DNA of 64,000 nt. It comes from Paraspadella gotoi (lineage: Eukaryota > Animalia > Chaetognatha). Within the stretch, counting starts at the first letter, position 1, and every line of letters starts with the position of its first letter. Positions 60,301-64,000 of this stretch are shown piece after piece. The notes below the pieces were generated by a model. That model saw nothing but the letters and a program-made list of their open reading frames with translations. It was not told the origin of the DNA and ran no database searches. The stretch is taken from NCBI GenBank assembly GCA_051294375.1, contig CM119266.1, positions 873,554 through 937,553 on the forward strand. Direction: 5' to 3'. Made by a program: the position numbers and the translations under genes.

Positions 60301-62001
60301 TCTCCGCCACCAGACGGCGTGAGTTATCTCTCCTCCGCGGTGATGGGCGTGACTGCGCGACCGACCAAGATGATGATGGAGTGGGTCAACGACCGTATCG
60401 CTCCAGCCTATTGGGTCCCCAACGCCGAGATCCACGTCTGTCGTCACTGCCCTACCTACTCACCGCTCCGGAGACCAAGCACCACTGCAGGTGAGTTGAG
60501 GGGTTTACCAAGCACACTAAAAGTGTGTTCGGGGGCAGACCAAGCACACTATTGCAGGTGTGTAATAGGGTAAATCAAGGTGTGTTTACGTCTGAAAACT
60601 GCCACTATGGCAACGGAGGATAGCCTGTGATAGCCGGGGCCGCGGGGTATCTCACCAACTGGCGTCAGGGGCTGCGACCCTCAGTGACCGCCTCTGTCAC
60701 TGGCATTGTTTAATAACCGGCAACCGGATCACATTTAAGCAGAACCGGGATACCCAGGGATTGAACCCGGGACGCGCCAACGGATGGAATGAGATGATTT
60801 AGCCTGCTTCAGCCATTGAGAACTAGGCTGAGGACGGCACAGCCAGTGAGGCAGCTTTAGTCTTGCTGCCACACCACAACATTTACCGCAAGATTATTAG
60901 GAAAAATCATTGTCGAAGTATAAAAAGAGCGAGCAAGTTGAGTAGATCAGAAACCTAAGTTGAAAAATTTTAAGATAGGAATCTTTCAGCATCCCTTCCT
61001 CCTAAAATGGATCATTTTCACTTTCCCCACTTCTCCCTATCATCACCACATCCATTTCATAAGCCTTTTCTCTCCTTTTTTTCCCTTCTTTCGACCAACT
61101 CCATTCAGACGATATATTCTTTTATTCCCCCCCACGCCCCCCCACCACTCCTCCTTTCACTATATTCATTCTCCTCCAAAGGTCCTGCGGAGGCGGGTTC
61201 TGCGACGACTGCAATCGTGGCGCCGCCTGTCCTCAGCGTGTGGGGAGACTTCCGGTTCGCGTCTGCCGGCCTTGCTACGAGGCGGCGTCGACTCCGACGA
61301 CGCCGGGTCCCCGCGGCAGCAGCGGCGGCGCGACGCTGCGGGAGAGTCGACGCCGGTTTGACGGCGCGGAGGATCGAGGAGGCCGTCCAGTCGACGCTGG
61401 GCGTCGTGGCCTCGGCGGCCGAGTATCCCATCGAAATCCTCAAGGTGAGAAATTCGATCGATCGATTGATGATGATTGATCGATCGATTGAATCTTTGAT
61501 TTATTTATCACTAATAGTTATTGAAACCAAATAATTAATTAATATTTTTTACTTTTGTTTGGAACTGGTTATTTTAATCAAATGATTAGAGTAAAGAATT
61601 GATTTAAATAATTTGTGTCGTGATTAAATTAACTGAGGTTTATTATTTATTGTATTGTGTACTTTACTTGTTTCTAAGTTATTTATCATGCGGCGTCGAA
61701 TGTTTGTGAGAAGTCTTCCCTCGCCCTTCCTTCCAACTTCACTCATCCTTTTCTCTCTCCTCCCCCCCATTCAAAGGACTCTGTTCGCCCCACCTACTGG
61801 CGCCCCGACGCCGAAATCTTCTCCTGCTGCGTCTGCGGCGGCTCCTTCGGCCCTAAACTCTCTATCCATCACTGCCGCTCCTGCGGAGAGGGCGTCTGCG
61901 AGGCCTGCTCCCCGCACCGCAAAGCGGTTCCCTTCCGGGGCTGGGATCATCCAGTTCGGGTCTGCATCTCTTGCGTCGACTTGCCTCCTCCGCCGCCTTG
62001 A
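54393..62001 (+). CDS. ZFYVE1: Zinc finger FYVE domain-containing protein 1 (DFCP1), about 17 exons
   Basis: N-terminal B-box-like CKERLAC..CEEC..CREC..H; P-loop SIFGNTGDGKSYTLNHTFF; LDTEGLLG..RMLLKVLAISDIVIYRTRAERLH; FPDEYFTC; KYAWSGYVLECPSCG; two C-terminal FYVE domains (YWVPN..KHHCR; YWRPD..IHHCRSCG). Apparent 1-nt indels at about 60460 and 61200-61350. Confidence 0.95.
60606..60873 (-). mobile_element. Second copy of the family B Pol III/twister TG...TA element, 4-bp TSD CCAC
   Basis: ccac|TATGGCAAC...GCTGCCACA|ccac on the plus strand. Colinear with 44217-44473 apart from small indels. A different TSD shows an independent insertion. Confidence 0.85.
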
Positions 62002-63171
62002 GGAGCGTTGTGGGGGTGGGGGAGGAAATTTGGGGTTCGAGTGACGAGTAGACTGATTTGGGGATGTGGTTTGCGGTGTGTGACACTGTGTGTGTGGGAA
62101 GGGGCGGTTTAAGTCGTAATGGTTTTGCTATTACTATTTTTTTCTTTGTCAGCTGTCGTATTTTGTTTTTTTTTCCCTCTCCCAAATTTTAGCTAAAATT
62201 TTTTTGGGGTTATTTAATATTTTTTTCTTTAGTGCTATCGTTTTGCTTTCTTGTTTTGTTATGTTGTCTTCATAAGGTTTTGCGCTTAGACTTTGTCTTA
62301 AAAAAACTGTTTTTTCTTGTCGAGTTGAAAACTTTTGAGCGTCATTCGATGAACATGTTATAAAAACAATATTCCATACTTTAAAGAATAGTAGTTAGGT
62401 TAGTAGTTAATATTTGTGTTTTAGTTTGTTGCTTTAATCAGGAAATACAATTTTATTTCATAATATTATTTCCGAATTTTATGTTTGGGAAAAAAGTTTG
62501 ACTTGGCTGAAGTTCTACGACCTAACAAAGACGTAGATTTTTAATTTAAAGATATATTTGCATACTTGCATATATATACGAGATATCTTGTACAATGTAC
62601 CTCAGTGGACGTACTCCCGCGTTTTAAAACTACTTGCATTCATACATTGATTCGTACACAACATTTTTTTAGACAGAAAACAATAATGTAGTTGTAAAAA
62701 CTATGATGATCGTTTGTCCTCGTTCCGCAACTTCCTTCTTCTTTTGTATCTCGATTTTGATATTACAATCAAAGGATAAAAAACTGACTATGATTAATGT
62801 TGACGCTCTGGTGGCTCCATACAATGACAGCACTGAAAGTTAGTCAGCTATTTTTGTATGAAATTGGTACAACCAATATAAAAATTATCCATTCATTTAA
62901 TAAATAAGCTATCTTGCCCCTTACTAATATCGGGTAACTATTATATGTACGAGAGCAGATTAAAAAAAACTTTTAAAAGGTTTTGAATAGATAATAACCA
63001 TAATAATAACTATTTTATACATCATACATAAAGTAACAATTTTTTTCAAGAATACGCTACATAAAAATAAGAAAAATAAAAATTGGATTAAAAACTCAAG
63101 AAGAAAAATACATTATTTTCTGGCGTCAAGAAAATGATTGGGTTTTCGGTGGAAGGCAATCATTTAATTTT

Positions 63172-63301
63172 CTAACAGCGCTTGATGTTGCAGAACCCAT
63201 AGGTATATGTTGCGTCCCCCTTCAAGATGTAGCACCAAGGGCCGCCATTGGATTTGGAGGGATTTCTGCAATAGTTATCTTTGAGACCCTCGTCGGGTTT
63301 T
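63172..63301 (-). CDS. Terminal exon encoding the C-terminal half of a kringle domain (upstream exons not identified)
   Basis: tag|A KPDEGLKDNYCRNPSKSNGGPWCY..YGFCNIKRC*, with NYCRNP and PWCY kringle motifs. Needs one extra G in a homopolymer near 63217. Confidence 0.75.
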
Positions 63302-64000
63302 CTACAATGGAGAACAAGTTTAGAAGATTGAATTCAGAATTGACTTCATGTTTAATTTTGCACAATTTTTCTTTATTTCTATTTATCTCTAACAATTTTG
63401 AAACAGATTAATTTTCAAATTTTCTTCAATTGATTTATTATCAATGTATTTTATTCTGACACGATTACTTATTAGAACTTTCTAGTTTCTTGTTAATTTT
63501 ACCTTTTTCGCTTCAATATTTAATATTTGGAAAGCGGTAACGAGGTTTGAACGAAAATAGTTATTAAGAAAGTGTAGGGATTCCTGATTTAGATGAGAAC
63601 ATTGTTTGAGCAGTGCTTAATCTCAATCTTAATCTTAATCTCAATCTTAATCTAAATCTTAATCTCAATCTTAATCTCAATCTTAATCTCAATCCAAATA
63701 CCAAAAGATAAATGTAGATAAGTAACTTTATTAAAAATTCAATATCAAAAGAAAAAGAAGCATAATAAATTAGTGAAACAGGTTTTTTGTTTTTTCCATA
63801 TAATCTCATTTCCACTCTGACGATTCCATCGAAACTTGATTTCCAGCTTAATCACACACTTTCCTACCCACATTCAAAATTTCAAGTCAATCGCCCAGTA
63901 CAACTATGAGTAATTGGCGTTCAAATAGTGAAATAGATTTTTTTGTTTTTTCCATTTAAACTAATTTCCACTCGCACGATTCCATCGAAACTTTACATCC

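Noticed and set aside
60440-61360. ZFYVE1 pseudogenisation or programmed frameshift in FYVE domain 1
   Set aside because: Clustered 1-nt indels also affect the neighbouring repeat copy while the rest of the gene is intact, so local consensus error is more likely.

Overview
Intron-rich, AT-rich invertebrate animal genomic DNA with GC-rich exons, many (AG)n microsatellites, two N gaps and some homopolymer indel errors. The species cannot be determined from this window. By splicing exons manually I find ten multi-exon protein genes: a ricin-B lectin, a claudin/PMP22-like 4-TM protein, an unknown low-complexity protein, a class A peptide-type GPCR, a bacterial-type ATP-grasp ligase, a FAM194/ERICH6-like protein, a GDA1/CD39 apyrase, a PAN-EGF-TSP1-SRCR secreted protein, a DEG/ENaC channel nested antisense in one of its introns (next to an ENaC pseudogene fragment), and ZFYVE1/DFCP1. 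A terminal kringle exon lies at the right end. The most notable signal is a family of four short (160-275 bp) insertions with TG...TA ends and 4-bp target-site duplications. Three of them combine a tRNA-type Pol III promoter with a covarying, circularly permuted (P5-type) twister-ribozyme fold whose P1 is reduced to a palindrome, suggesting solo LTRs of an animal twister 'LTR retrozyme'. Also present are Penelope-type minimal hammerhead ribozymes, a hAT-type MITE, and an apparent excess of AAG/GAG acceptors and GC donors. Gene models and RNA folds were read by eye and are not computationally verified.
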